Assembly (NCBI GenBank): GCA_028534125.1
Contig: CM052828.1
Span: 54,808,001 to 54,872,000 of the forward strand
Source of the DNA: Lama glama
Lineage: Eukaryota
Reading direction: 5' to 3'
DNA length: 64,000 bases
In this document: in pieces, positions 37,880 through 49,818 of the stretch
Numbering within the stretch: the stretch's first letter is position 1
How the letters are laid out: the number at the start of each line of letters is the position of its first letter
Translations under genes and position numbers: made by a program
Notes under the pieces: generated by a model
What the model was told of the DNA's origin: nothing
The model's database searches: none
The model's input: the letters and a program-made list of their open reading frames with translations, nothing else

Positions 37880-40800
37880 TCCAGAAGGAACCCAAGCACT
37901 GGACAGAAGGTTGAGACAGGTGACACTTCAGGACTCTTCTAACCCTGAGCATCTAAGTTTGACTGTTGATCTGACCCAGGCTATAACATGGTACTAGATT
38001 AGAACTGAAGTTTCTTTGGATGTGCAAATTAGGAATAAATTGCTGCAATGATGTTGTCTCCTGGGGAGAGCTTCCAAATACAAAGAAGATGCCACTGTTA
38101 TTTACACCTCCTCCTTATAGTTTCCTCGCTTCTCCAGATTATACATTGAAGATATACTAAAACTGAATAGTTCAATCAGTGCAATTATTAAATATCTACT
38201 GAGGATCTATTATCTGCAAGACACTCCTCTAGGTCCTGAACATTCAGTAATGCATCAGATTGAGTCTCAGATCTCACTGGAACTTACACTTTAATGGGCA
38301 CAAATGGCTGTAATACAAAAATAAGGTATGTATGTTTGAATTGTAAATTCAATACAATAATTCATTTAAGAGATTACATCCAGTTGCGAAGAAAGGGTAA
38401 TGCAGGCAGAAGTATTTTCTTATCAGTGCAAAACCCATACCTTATGTATTTTATAAAAATGAAATAATTATCAAAGTAACACTTAAAAGTTGTAGGTCAG
38501 ACTTTAGGTAGCATTAATAAGCAGATGTGTCAGACTCTTTGACCTCCCTAAACATTTACTGAAAGGAATTCTGTTATGCAAAACCTTCTAGAGCTTTTTT
38601 TTAATCAAGGGCTAAAGTGAAATTTTCTAAAGTGACATAGATATATTGGCAGTTTATGCAGTTTAGCCAAATTCCCAATAACTTGAAGCAATTTCATAAA
38701 AATAACAAGCTTGCTGGTGAATTATGCTGATTCCACAGTCTAAAGAATACTTAAGATATGAATGTCGATTAGCAGAAATTTGCTAAATTCTATCTCAGAG
38801 AACTAAACTTACACAAATGAGAATTTAGAAAAACAGAGCAATGTGTCAGAGCTAAATTTAAAGGAAGACTTTGACTAAATATATCAGAACATCTGGCCAG
38901 TCATTTCAGCTGACCAGACCCAAGCAGAATTGGAAATACAGAGAACGATAGGAAAGGTCACTTGCTCTGATAAACAGTAACACCTCTGCAGCCACAGTTA
39001 CACCCAGTTACACAGATGAAACCCACATCTATATGCCATCTTAGTTAATCTTCACTACTAGATGAGGATCAATCTATAGGCAGACACTCAGCAGGAGCCA
39101 GGAGTAAGTTGGGTTCTGTATCCCTTAATTCCAGCACAGTGTACAAATCACAGGTATGATCAAATCAGAGACAGCAGCTAGTGTGATACAGATAATAAAA
39201 TGTTTTAGCTAAAGGTATAAGACCTTGGAGTACACTAATGCCTGGAAAGTCAGCACTTTGACACAAATTAGAATTCTTTAACGATGACGTAGAAGACTTT
39301 GATGATGATGTAGAAGACTAAGCAAAAAAAATCAAGTTAAGTCTGTCATATAAAACCTATCTTCTAAATGACATAAATTAAAGACCTGATGTTCGGATGA
39401 TAAGACTGTTTATATGGGAAGCTGTATTTGGAAGTATAAACTTAAGTTTCTATCTTAAGATGAGATCCTCCAAATTCTAGTAATGCAAAATATTACTGGG
39501 TTCCTTTCCACATAAGATAATCACTTCTTAATTTAAGAAAACTGAACCTCAACTCAGCAAATTAAGTGTCAATAAAAGTCCTCTGCTTTCTTTTTTTCAA
39601 TTGTTCAATCCTGCTCCTTAAAAAGATTAACAACAGATTTAAACTATACACAAAAAAACAAAAAATCATAACCAAAAGAACAGGGTATCCTAATGTATCT
39701 TCTTTCTTTATTGAGTTCAAATCTGATTGAAATGAGAAAAAAAATCAATTCAGAAGCTGCAGTGTCTACAGCCCATTTCTCACACTGATATTCAAATTCT
39801 AAGGAATAAGTCAGCTGGTTCTGCTGTCAATAAAAATGCCTGACTGGCTTATTATTTTATTAAACACTGGAGTCTATAAGGGCCCTTCTCTAGGCTGTCC
39901 TTCGCGTTCACACCTCCTCTTGTCTGGGCCTTCCTTCACTCCTAAGCTTGCAGTCACTGGCCACACACTGATGATGCCAGCATGTCCTTCCCCAGCCCAG
40001 GCCCCTCTTCTGAGGAGCAGACGTGACTGCCTATGGTCTACCGTGCTCGCAGAGATGTATTTTCCTCACACACAGCCTCTTCTGGAAGGAACTACCACTA
40101 CTATATAATTCTAAATAAATAAAGTAAGTAAATGTCAAAATAAGTACAAAGTAACTTTAAATGAAACGTCATTGCTCCTGGTATCATATTTTTAAGTATT
40201 CAATAGGAAATCAGTTAAATAATTAGCTGATTGACATTCCAAATCAGGGCATCTTCACTTGCTAGGTTCTCTAAACTACATTTTCCCAGCACATTGAAAT
40301 TTCGTGCTTTCCAGTGATGCTCCCAAGAATGAGTAAAGTCTGCTATTCATTGTCACTCCCAAGGAATAAGTAGCCATCACAAGCCCAGTGGTGCCGGTGT
40401 TAGAAACGGCCCGGTCACCTGAATCCTGGAGTGGGGAGTGTGTTCGCTGGGTCCAAGCTCTCTCCCAGTCAAGACAGGATTCTCATTTATAAACAGAGTT
40501 TCCTGCAAGGCCCTTGAAAGAGGCAAATTCAAGCTAGACTTTAAATATCTAGGTTATTTTTTTTTTCCTAAAGAAAATAAATGAATGACAGAGCCTAAAG
40601 TAGTCAGGTAGGAACAAAGAAAAATGCTACAATTTTCGTGAATAATACAAAATTGGCAGGATAGGGTATTTACAGTTTTCAGGGGGTAAGCAGCACCGCC
40701 AATAGCAAAACTAAGGCTTAAACGCACAGTGGGGGAGGTGGGGAGGAATAGTGAGAAGAAATAAAAGCCCAGAAGCAAAATAAAGAGTGCAAAGCTGCAA

Positions 40801-41454
40801 ATGAGATTTTTAAATCCAAAGAAGAAGGAAAAAAAAAAATGTTGAGTAGTGGATCTATGGCAGAAAAAAAAAAAGTTGAGCAGAATTATGGCAGGAAAAG
40901 GTAAAAAGCATCAGAGAATGGGAACAACCTATAAAACTTTGAGGTAATTATTATTAGATGTAAGCAATTAAGGAAGATAATAAGAAAGACAAAGTAAAAT
41001 ATACACATTAGAAAAGCCTGTAAGATATTTTAAAATTTGGTACATATAGATGACTAAGACTCAGCTCTAAAAGACACACAGAAAAAGCAGATACTGTAAT
41101 ATCCTAGCACAGATATTTGCCCACTCTGGGCAGAACACAGAATGTTCCAGGCTCCCTTAGGCCCTGAAGGCTTCCGAGTAAAGAACTGTTCAGGCCCATA
41201 AAGAACAAAAGGGGGCTCAGCAGGAACATGGCTTCTACCAGGTCTCAGGTCTGTCTTCTTTCAACCTTTACCTCTTTCAATTTTTAAAAATTCATTTGTG
41301 TATCCTATAGCATTAGCTATAGATAAAGCTTTAAAATATTATATTAATTAATTAAAAAATAATAATGTTTAGCATAGGGCATCCATTGGAAAATATAGGA
41401 AAGAAAATAAGCTTGTTTCTGAAAAGGAAATAGGGAGGAAGGGACTGATGCATA

Positions 41455-41650
41455 AATGTCCCTGCGCTAGGTATTTTGTCAGGTTCTTTACTTACAGATT
41501 CTCCTTCGTCACTACAAATATACAAGGGAAGTAGGCTCCTCTACTACCAAACACAAAACAAGCAAATAAATAAAAACACCTCTGAGGTACAGAGAAATTA
41601 CAGCCAGGATTCCAATCTTTATCTCATTCCAAAGTTTGCACACTTACACT
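41455..41650 (-). mobile_element. MIR SINE
   Basis: 'tgcgctaggtattt...tacaagggaagtagg...ctgaggtacagaga...gccaggattccaatc'. Confidence 0.6.
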
Positions 41651-44600
41651 GCTGTCCTTGTCAGTGAAAAAAAAAAAAAAGTAAATAGCAGCAGCCAAAG
41701 TTATTTTTTAAATACACAACTTATCTAGCAGTCTTGTCCAAGGAAGACAGTAAGAACACAGAGGCACTGAGAGACTTTTAGACAGGGTTCACAAAACTAG
41801 CCATCTCCATCAACAGTACTGGGGACATCTCAGCCAGCACAAGCCAACAGAAGACAAAATTGTCTAGCTCAGACACCTACCGGCAGGTCCTTCTATCATG
41901 TGGAAGAGGACATAAAAGACTGAGATTTTTCTATGCGTCCTATTAAAGGGAAATACCTAGGCAAACCAATATCCACAATTTTAAACGCTTCACTTTTTAA
42001 CATTATAATAATATCAAAAACCTCTATTAAAGTGGTTACTTGTACTCAGAGATCAACTCCCCAGTTCAGATTAGAGATATCTGAATTAAGGACATTAAGA
42101 AAAATATCATTTTCACATAAATCAAACTTATTCTAAATGCATTCATTCAATAAACCCTCTAAGCAATCAGAAGTATCTTTCACACTGGAGATAAGGAAAT
42201 AGCAAGAGGTGTCTCTATGTTTGATTCATTTGTGTATAACATGTACACCTAGGTGATGAAGAGATATACACACACACGTATACGTATAGACACACTCACA
42301 TATGCACAGAGAATTCAATGGGCACATATTCACTATATGTTTCTGGGTGTTAAAGGTGCGTATAGATCAAGGCAAAAGAACACCAGCATGCTAACATGCT
42401 GTTGCTTTAAAGTGTGGGGGCCCAAATAAACAAGGTAGAAAGGGGAAGTAAAAATCATCTCACCTAACTGCACTCTTCCCTGGCAATGTAATTAAAAATA
42501 AAATATTTAAATATCATAAAACAAAAATATTTACCTTTGAAAAAAAAACTTATCACATGCTTTAAGAAAACAAAATCAAGATCTTTCAAGTTTGCAAGCC
42601 AGGCCTTTTAAAGCCATAGTCATGTCTCCTAAAGTGCAACTTCCCTTTGGGTATCTCAATAACCATGGCTACGGGGGAGAGAATATTGGCACTGCTCTGA
42701 ATTTAATACTCTGGTTCAAGCAAAGGTAAATGGCCCTTCTCTCAATTCCCTGGTGTACAGCCAAAGTAAGGCTGCAATACTTAAAAATAAGGTAAGTAAG
42801 TATTTGGATATAACACAAAGCAAATCAACATGGGATGCAATGGAACTAGATAATCTAGCATATGGTTTACCTGCTTTCAGCTTAGAGTTCAGTACATGGT
42901 TGCCCCCCTCCCTACTCAGCTTCCAAACTGCCAATAATGCCTAATTATCTATCAACCTAATATCCAAACCCAAGCTAAGAATCAAGGACAACATGAAGTT
43001 TCTTTTCCTGTGTAGTTAACGCCCACATTCAGGGTTCAAGTTCATGTCTGAACCTCTAAATATTCACAACAACAGGGCTTTACTGGGAAATAGGTTGATT
43101 TTTGTTTTAAACAAAGCACAGTAAGGTGTAACAGGAGGGGTTGTTTTCCTACAACTTTAGATGACATTCATAGCAAGGAATGTTTAAGTTTTGCATGAGA
43201 TATACAAGAAGCGAACAGAATAAATTTAAATAAAAGTATAATTTATATCTCATGGTGAATTCTGAGCTTCGCTGCATTAACATTAAAGCTAAGTAGACAA
43301 ATTAAGTGTAAATATAGTATCATGTTGTCAATATATTAATGAGATGCCCATGCTTTGAACATAGACATAGTTTAGAGTCAGAGCAATATTTTAATCAGAG
43401 ATAAATACATAAAAATTGCTTACTCCATACATCTATAAAAAGTCTGTTTTATTTTCACAATGGCATTCATTTTCCTAAAGTACTTATAAGATTTACAAGG
43501 GTATTAATTTTTTTAAGTGCTTATAAGCTAAACCACAGTAAAAGCAGGCATTATTCATTAGGTAAGTATGCCTATTGACACCCAAACAAATTTAAAAGTA
43601 GAAAAAAATGCACAAAGACCCCAAGGTCACTTGTCAGTCCATTCTGTAGGACAATAAACCAATCTCCGGCCGTAACCTACTTTACAGTTATTACTACCTT
43701 CACTATATTTTTTAACTTAAAAATGCACCCAATTTATCATGAAATGCTATCTAAGGACAGCTTTAAGTTCATTTTGTTTGGAATACTCCAGCCTAAATCT
43801 ATCCCTCATTTGGTCCAACAGGCAGAATCTCATGACATAATTGGCAAAGGAGGAGGGATCATTTTATTCCTCCGTCTCTATCAATATTGCTTCTTTAGCT
43901 CCAGGACTGACCATCCCAGGTAGGTGGAGTACTGCTCCAAAAGATGTGGCACACTAAGTGGCAGTCTCAGAAGCAGATGTCATCACTTACACACTAAACC
44001 ACGCATCGCTGGTTAGCGCTCACTACAGCCCATGAGCCTGCAGCTGGGCTGGGCCGGGCCATGACCTTTAAAATAAAGACGTATTCGTGATAGGTTTCCT
44101 TGTTCTAATTTACTATTATTTCATTATTTTGGTATAAAAAATGATGCTGGTGATAACTTACACACATGTACCCCAGGATGTTTTGAATGACCCTTATTTC
44201 CTTTCCCAGAGGCTCTCACAAATATATCTTAGTGGGCACCAAAGAGACTGGGCAAGAAAGTGTATGCAGAGCTGTGCCCATTCATGCGACACAACTTGGA
44301 CTCGGGCATGTTTATATGCATAGGTGTACATTTTAAATTTTTATTCAAAGCTATATTAATTCAACAACAACCAGACCCTTTACTTCACTCTGTCGTATTC
44401 AGACCTTTTGCACTGTGCAGCTGTCTAGTGGCTAATTGGCGAGAAAAAAAGTTTATTAAATCATTCACTCACTACCCACTGAAATGACAGAATTCAGATT
44501 TTTGCTGCCAATTTGCTCCTACCACAGTGTGTCTACAACTGTTATTGTCACCTAAAATGAATTCCTTCCCCTTATTGTATGAATTATGCTTGTGGCCCTA

Positions 44601-45139
44601 TAAATATCAATCCTATAAACTTATTAACTAGGATCTCCAATAAGGATCCTAGCTCTAAAATCAAAGAAATTAAAACTGCTGCTTATAAGGTATTACTAGT
44701 TACGTATCTGTAAGGTTTGAATGGCCATTAGTAATTTAATTAATGCTCTTATTTTAATAAAAGTTACCTTCCTTAAAATGTCATTTTATAAATTTTGTGG
44801 GATTCTTAAGCATTAAGATAACCAAGAAATAGATACTGACCCCTAAAACACAATTCAAATTTTAGAATAGAAAGGAGTAAAAAATAAAAATCTGTTTTCA
44901 AAAGTTGTGCTTTTAGCAAACTGTTCCATAATGCATCTCTCCACAAAGCAGCGGTCATCAAGGGTTACTAAAACACGTCCACTACCACAGCCAGAACAGC
45001 GGATCAGGATTCTTGTACAAGAAACTGTGGTTCAAGTTGCTGAAAAGTTCTTTGTAGGCAAAGAGCCTGTAACATTTTCAGTTTAGTGGTGTTTCATGAG
45101 AAAACACCATCTTTCTGGGAAGTAAGCCGATGCCCCAAG

Positions 45140-45630
45140 TACCTTAAGTACTACAAACGAAATGTCAGTCTTCTCATTCCAGAAATGTCCTCTAGTTCTC
45201 TAATGTTTACCACACCCAGCCTGCCTCTTCTGCCAGGCTTTTGGACTTCAAATTATGATTCCTCTAGTCCTCCAAAATAAGATTTCATTAACATCCCCAC
45301 AAATCCCCAACATGAACTTCCACTCAGCCTTTGACTTTCACTCACATTACTCCCCTTGCCAAGAATACCTCTCCTGCCAAAGGAAGCACGCGTTCAAAAG
45401 TCAGCTCAGGTCACACCTCTCAGCAACATGCCCTTTCTCCCAGGTTCATCCTCCATGGATGCTACAGCCTCCAGCAGGCCTCTGTCCTTCGGGGCTCCCT
45501 CGTTACTAGTGTTCTCTGTACACTGAGCTTTAGTACTTTGGGGCCAAAGACCAAATCCTTATAGAATGTTTTAAATCTCTCCCAGCAACTAACATGGAAC
45601 GTTCCATATACAGTTATTTAATAAATGCTG
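45140..45630 (+). mobile_element. LINE-2 fragment with 3' tail
   Basis: 'ttcaaaagtcagctcaggtcacacctctc' and the tail 'ctcccagcaactaacatgg...ttaataaatgctgg'. Confidence 0.6.
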
Positions 45631-45759
45631 GTAGGTTTATTGAATAGGATTGCCTATTGTCTATCTTCTCAAAACCTCAGGATCATTTTTTTAGATAATT
45701 TCCAAGTAAGAGTATTCTATACATTACGTGCATCTTTGGAACAACAAGAATGGCAGTCC

Positions 45760-46274
45760 TGGAAAACCCAGAGAGTGAAGAAAAGGTTGCTGGGCAGAAA
45801 CAGATTTAAAGGACAACTTCTCCACGGCATTTCTGCCTGTCTTGTGAGAGCTTTTGACTCAGACTACTGCAAGAATACTTGTATTGCCAACAACCTTAGA
45901 ATCTAAAGATAGTGCTACCAGGTGAGAGGGCAGATTTGTTTCCCACCCAGGGTAATGAAGACAATGCCTCCCTGGGCAAAGGTTGGCAGCTTTGCAAGAA
46001 GCTCCTTAAAAAGAAGGGCGATTTCCTAAACTCAGAGTTCCTCAGCTGGGACACAGATCCACTGTGCGTAACCGGCCTCCTAGCCACTCAGCATCACTCT
46101 GGGAGATTTGGGGACAAGGGAAATGAGAACATGAAGCCTGCTGTGCCCTGAGTAATAAGGCCCTGTATCTCTGACCCAGGAACCTCCGTCTTCAGCCAGC
46201 ATCTCTTAACTGGGCCAGGCCACTTGTCAGCTTGCACGTGGGGTCAGCTCCCCAATCCTTTATAGTTCTGGACA
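45760..46274 (+). mobile_element. Solo ERV1 LTR, MER89/MER90/MER110-like
   Basis: 3' end 'gagtaataaggccctgtatctctgacccagga...gtcttcagccagcatc...cttgtcagcttgca...agttctggaca'. The 5' boundary is uncertain. Confidence 0.7.
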
Positions 46275-46369
46275 ACTTTTGGATGTCACCTGCAAGCGAG
46301 TCTGTACCATTAGGAGTTTCCGGTTTACAAAAGAAGACAGAAGTTACCACGTCAAATTCTACACATCTA

Positions 46370-46692
46370 ACATGTAGTCACATAGATGAATCTTGAAAAC
46401 AACACATTGAGTGAAAGAAGCAAACTCAACAGCACGAGGCCTCTGTGATTTAATGGTACGAGGTTCCAGGACTGGCTGAGCTAAAGTGAGAAACCAGAAT
46501 GGTGGCTGCTTCTTGCAGGAGGCACAGACAGCAACTGGATGGAACTGAGAATGAGTCTTCTGCGGTGATAAGACTGTTCTATGTCTTAACTGGGGTGGTT
46601 GTCACAAGGATACACACAGTAGCCAAGACATCAAACTCTACAGTTAAGAGCTGTGCATTTTAATGTATGTAAATTATGCTCAATAAAAAAAG
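46370..46692 (+). mobile_element. Old L1M 3' UTR
   Basis: 'atagatgaatcttgaaaacaacacattgagtgaaagaagc' ... 'tgtgcattttaatgtatgtaaattatgctcaataaaaaaa'. Confidence 0.85.
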
Positions 46693-46824
46693 GATTACAA
46701 ATTCTAAATATCTAAACACTGAACATGTTGCATTCCCTTTTAGTTTCAGGATGTAATGATTCACAGAAAGACTAAGACGATACTGGCCACTTTCACGTCC
46801 ATTCTACGAACACTGTCTTCAGGG

Positions 46825-47060
46825 AGGTAGCTGCAATGCAGGGATTTAAGAGGAGACACTCTGGAGTAAGACTGCTTGGGTTTCAATTATCAGCTGAGTG
46901 CTGTCAGGCAAATTCCTTTACCTCTTCATACCTGGGCTTTATTCTCTTTCAGATAAATATAAGAAAAGTTCATATCTAAGGTTTTGAGGACTAAATTAGG
47001 TAATATGAGTAAAGCACCTAGTACACAGAAAGTATTCTATAAAGATTAGTTTTTATTATT
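46825..47060 (+). mobile_element. MIR SINE
   Basis: 'gacactctggagtaagactgcttgggtttc...ggcaaattcctttacctct...gaggactaaattaggtaatatgagtaaagcacctagtaca'. Confidence 0.8.
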
Positions 47061-48704
47061 ACCTAGAGCATAGTCAATAATACAAGATTCAAAATAATTC
47101 AGGATATTTCTATTAAAGTAGAAGAGCAATATGCTTTTAAAAATTGACTAAGTTTAACAGTCATTCATTAGTGGGAATATTAGGTAGAAAAATTATAATA
47201 ATACCCCCAAATTATTTAATTATATAATCTATTAAAGCACTAGATAGACATTATAGTTTTTACATGTTATTTGAAGCACAGAAAGAAAAAACTTAGGTTG
47301 AATAAGTGCTATTTTGGGTAAATGTCTCAAATTCAGGCAAATGTGTCTCATTTACATCCTGACAACGATATTGTTAGCATTTTTTGCCTTTTTCCCTAAT
47401 GTAGTACATGTGAACTTTGAAAATCCAACCGAATACTAATCCCAACCTTGCCTGAAGAGTTAAATTGATGACAAAACTTTTGAAAGACATAACGACAGCA
47501 AATATGTGAAAGGACAAAATCTCGAGTAGGACAGTACAAATATGGGGAGAGTGAAGTCTCAGAGATGGAAAGCAGATTCCTAAGGCAAACAGAACAGAGT
47601 GAACTGGACTCCAAGGCTCTGCAGATCAGGCCACACACTGCCTTTAGCAGGTCCGCCGCTGGTTAACAGTCCCATGAAAAGGCTCCTGTGCCATGGTGCC
47701 CCAGAATCACGTCAGCACTATGTTCTCTACAGTTCTTTACAATTATTCCCAAGATTTTAAAAGGGAATATAGTTAGGAAAGACAAAATTAATAAAAATGA
47801 TCCAAAATTTTTATCTTTTTAAAATTTATTTTTTGTTATGGTATCATTAAAATATTTCTAACATTTAGTATCCACTCTATTAAAAATATTTCCAGTATTT
47901 TATATCTATTACTATATGGCTGACATATGAGGAATTTTATGTGATGTCATTGGCATATGAGCGGAAAATTTAAATGTAAACGAAAATAATTAAGATAATG
48001 AAAAATGTAAATTCCCAGGAAACAAGTCAAGTCATCGGATAATAAAGGAAGAAAGAGCATATTAGGTCACGGTTCTCAATCTGCCCCAGTAAATGTCGAG
48101 GCAGAATGATGGTAACTACTGTGTGTTTAATTAGGAAGCTGACTGAGGTCTCCTAGCAAACAGAGTCCTTTCTTTGCTTAAGAATTATAACACCTGGTGT
48201 GCAACAGGAACACAATCAGAGAAGATGAGTTTCAGACTTTGAAACAAGTGGCTATTTAAAAAAAAAAAAGCCTACAATTCTTTCTTAAAGTACAACAATA
48301 GTGTATCATGTGCTCCACACAGGAAGTGGAAAGAATAGAGATTACGATCCCTCCCAAACTACACCTGATCTAAGTGAAACGCAGCATTACAGAGGGGGTT
48401 ACCACACACTTCCATGATCCACTGTAATTGGACAGACAAGAAAATGTTACAGGGAGAGAATGGCATTTTAATTACAACTACATTCATTTCTATCCAAGAA
48501 GCAGGTGCACACACTTATACATGTAAATTCAAAAAAGTTCACACTTCCTTCTCTTTCCTTGCCAGACCTGAATAATCTGAAAATTTTGCCTTTAATTGTA
48601 CTATTTGACTCCTCAAACTGAGCAAAGTATTGTGCACAAAAACATCTACTATCAACAAAGAACTGTATGTAACCATTGGGGGGAAAAAACAACTTTCGAC
48701 TTAC

Positions 48705-48797
48705 CTTTATTGTAAAGCATTTTTTCCATCCCTAAGGACTTTCCGGTTTGGAGTCAAGATGATGAACTCTGTCCCTAAGCAACTCTCCTAGAATTGC
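48705..48797 (-). other. Candidate 93-nt exon with 5' UTR and ATG (MEKMLYNK, phase 1) of an unidentified minus-strand gene
   Basis: Minus strand: acceptor 'tttctccttctcataatcataatttaaatag|G' and perfect donor AAG|GTAAGT. ATG at 48729 is in a strong Kozak context (GGGATGG), and all three frames have stops upstream of it. No homolog recognised. Confidence 0.4.
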
Positions 48798-49203
48798 CTA
48801 TTTAAATTATGATTATGAGAAGGAGAAATGTGTGAAAGTTTTCTGCTCACTATTAAAAGCTCCCACAGCCCCTCGAATATAAACAGTCAAGTTTTTTCAC
48901 CATGTCTCAAGGAGACGAGGGTGCTCTACTAGCAAATGGTCAGTGGCTCAGGATCAAAAGGACTTGTCCACATCACAGAGTGTGCTCAGATCATCCTGGG
49001 CTCCCCACCTTCTCCCTCCCCAAATTCAAAGTGGCTACTGAGATAGACAGACTCCTCCACTCCAGCCCTATCGGGGCCTTACTTCTGACCTCACCTCTTC
49101 TACTTCAGTTGCTTCCTCTGAGGTGTTTCTACCCTCAGTCCTGCCCCATGCAAGGCTATTCTGCACACTGCTGCCATGATTGTCTAACGGGCAAAGCTGA
49201 CCA

Positions 49204-49818
49204 TGTCACAGAACAGGACACATGGTCTGTTCTTGACAACTGGTAAAGAGGGGGGAGGGTATCGCTCAGTGGTAGAGTGTGTGCCTATCATGAGGTCCTG
49301 GGTTCAATCCCCAGTACCTCCATTAAATAAATAAACAAATAAATAAGCAAGCAAACCTAATTACCCCCCTCCAAAAAACAAACAAACAAAAACACAAAGA
49401 CCTGACATTGACTACTGGTAAAGTTCATTCGTGTAACAGGACCCACAAAGGAGGCCCCAGTGGCCCAGCCCAGGTCACACATCTAAACCTAAGGCAGCCT
49501 GCACTTACAGAAAAACATCGGTCAAGGAATCCTAACATTCACCAATCACAACCCTCCACCTCAGCTTTAGCTGGCTTCCCTCACCCTAGAAAACAGGACC
49601 TGCTAGCCTTACAAGGAAACCCCTGTCCTCTTAGCCCATCATGCCCTGTTTCCATGGTGATTCTTCTGTGTTCTACAAAACTCACTCTTGCCCGACGCCC
49701 CTCGGGACGAGTGCTCCACTGCTTGTGAGGCACTGTACTCCCCCAATCCAAGGATTTTTTTCCTCTTAATAAAGGACACCATACTCATTGCTCAATTGTT
49801 TTAGTTTTATCAATTTAC
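49204..49818 (+). mobile_element. 5' LTR of an ERV1-type provirus, interrupted by a SINE
   Basis: TG...CA ends, CCAAT at about 49542, AATAAA at about 49768, followed by a PBS-like TGGC...AGGATG and retroviral internal sequence. The 5' boundary overlaps an L2 motif and is uncertain. Confidence 0.65.
49250..49400 (+). mobile_element. Vic-1-type camelid tRNA-derived SINE
   Basis: GGGGAGGGTATCGCTCAGTGGTAGAG head (A box), GGTTCAATCC B box at 49301-49310, (TAAA/CAAA)n middle, 'cctaattacccccct' and an A-rich tail. Confidence 0.9.

Noticed and set aside
44768-44842. Minus-strand 75-nt exon candidate (ttttag|G ... AAG|GTAACT)
   Set aside because: Very AT-rich, with a stop in the frame continuing from the 48.7-kb exon. 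It is indistinguishable from a pseudo-exon.
49250-49320. tRNA-like A/B boxes as a tRNA gene
   Set aside because: The cloverleaf is degenerate and followed by a SINE body and A-rich tail, so it is a Vic-1-type SINE.
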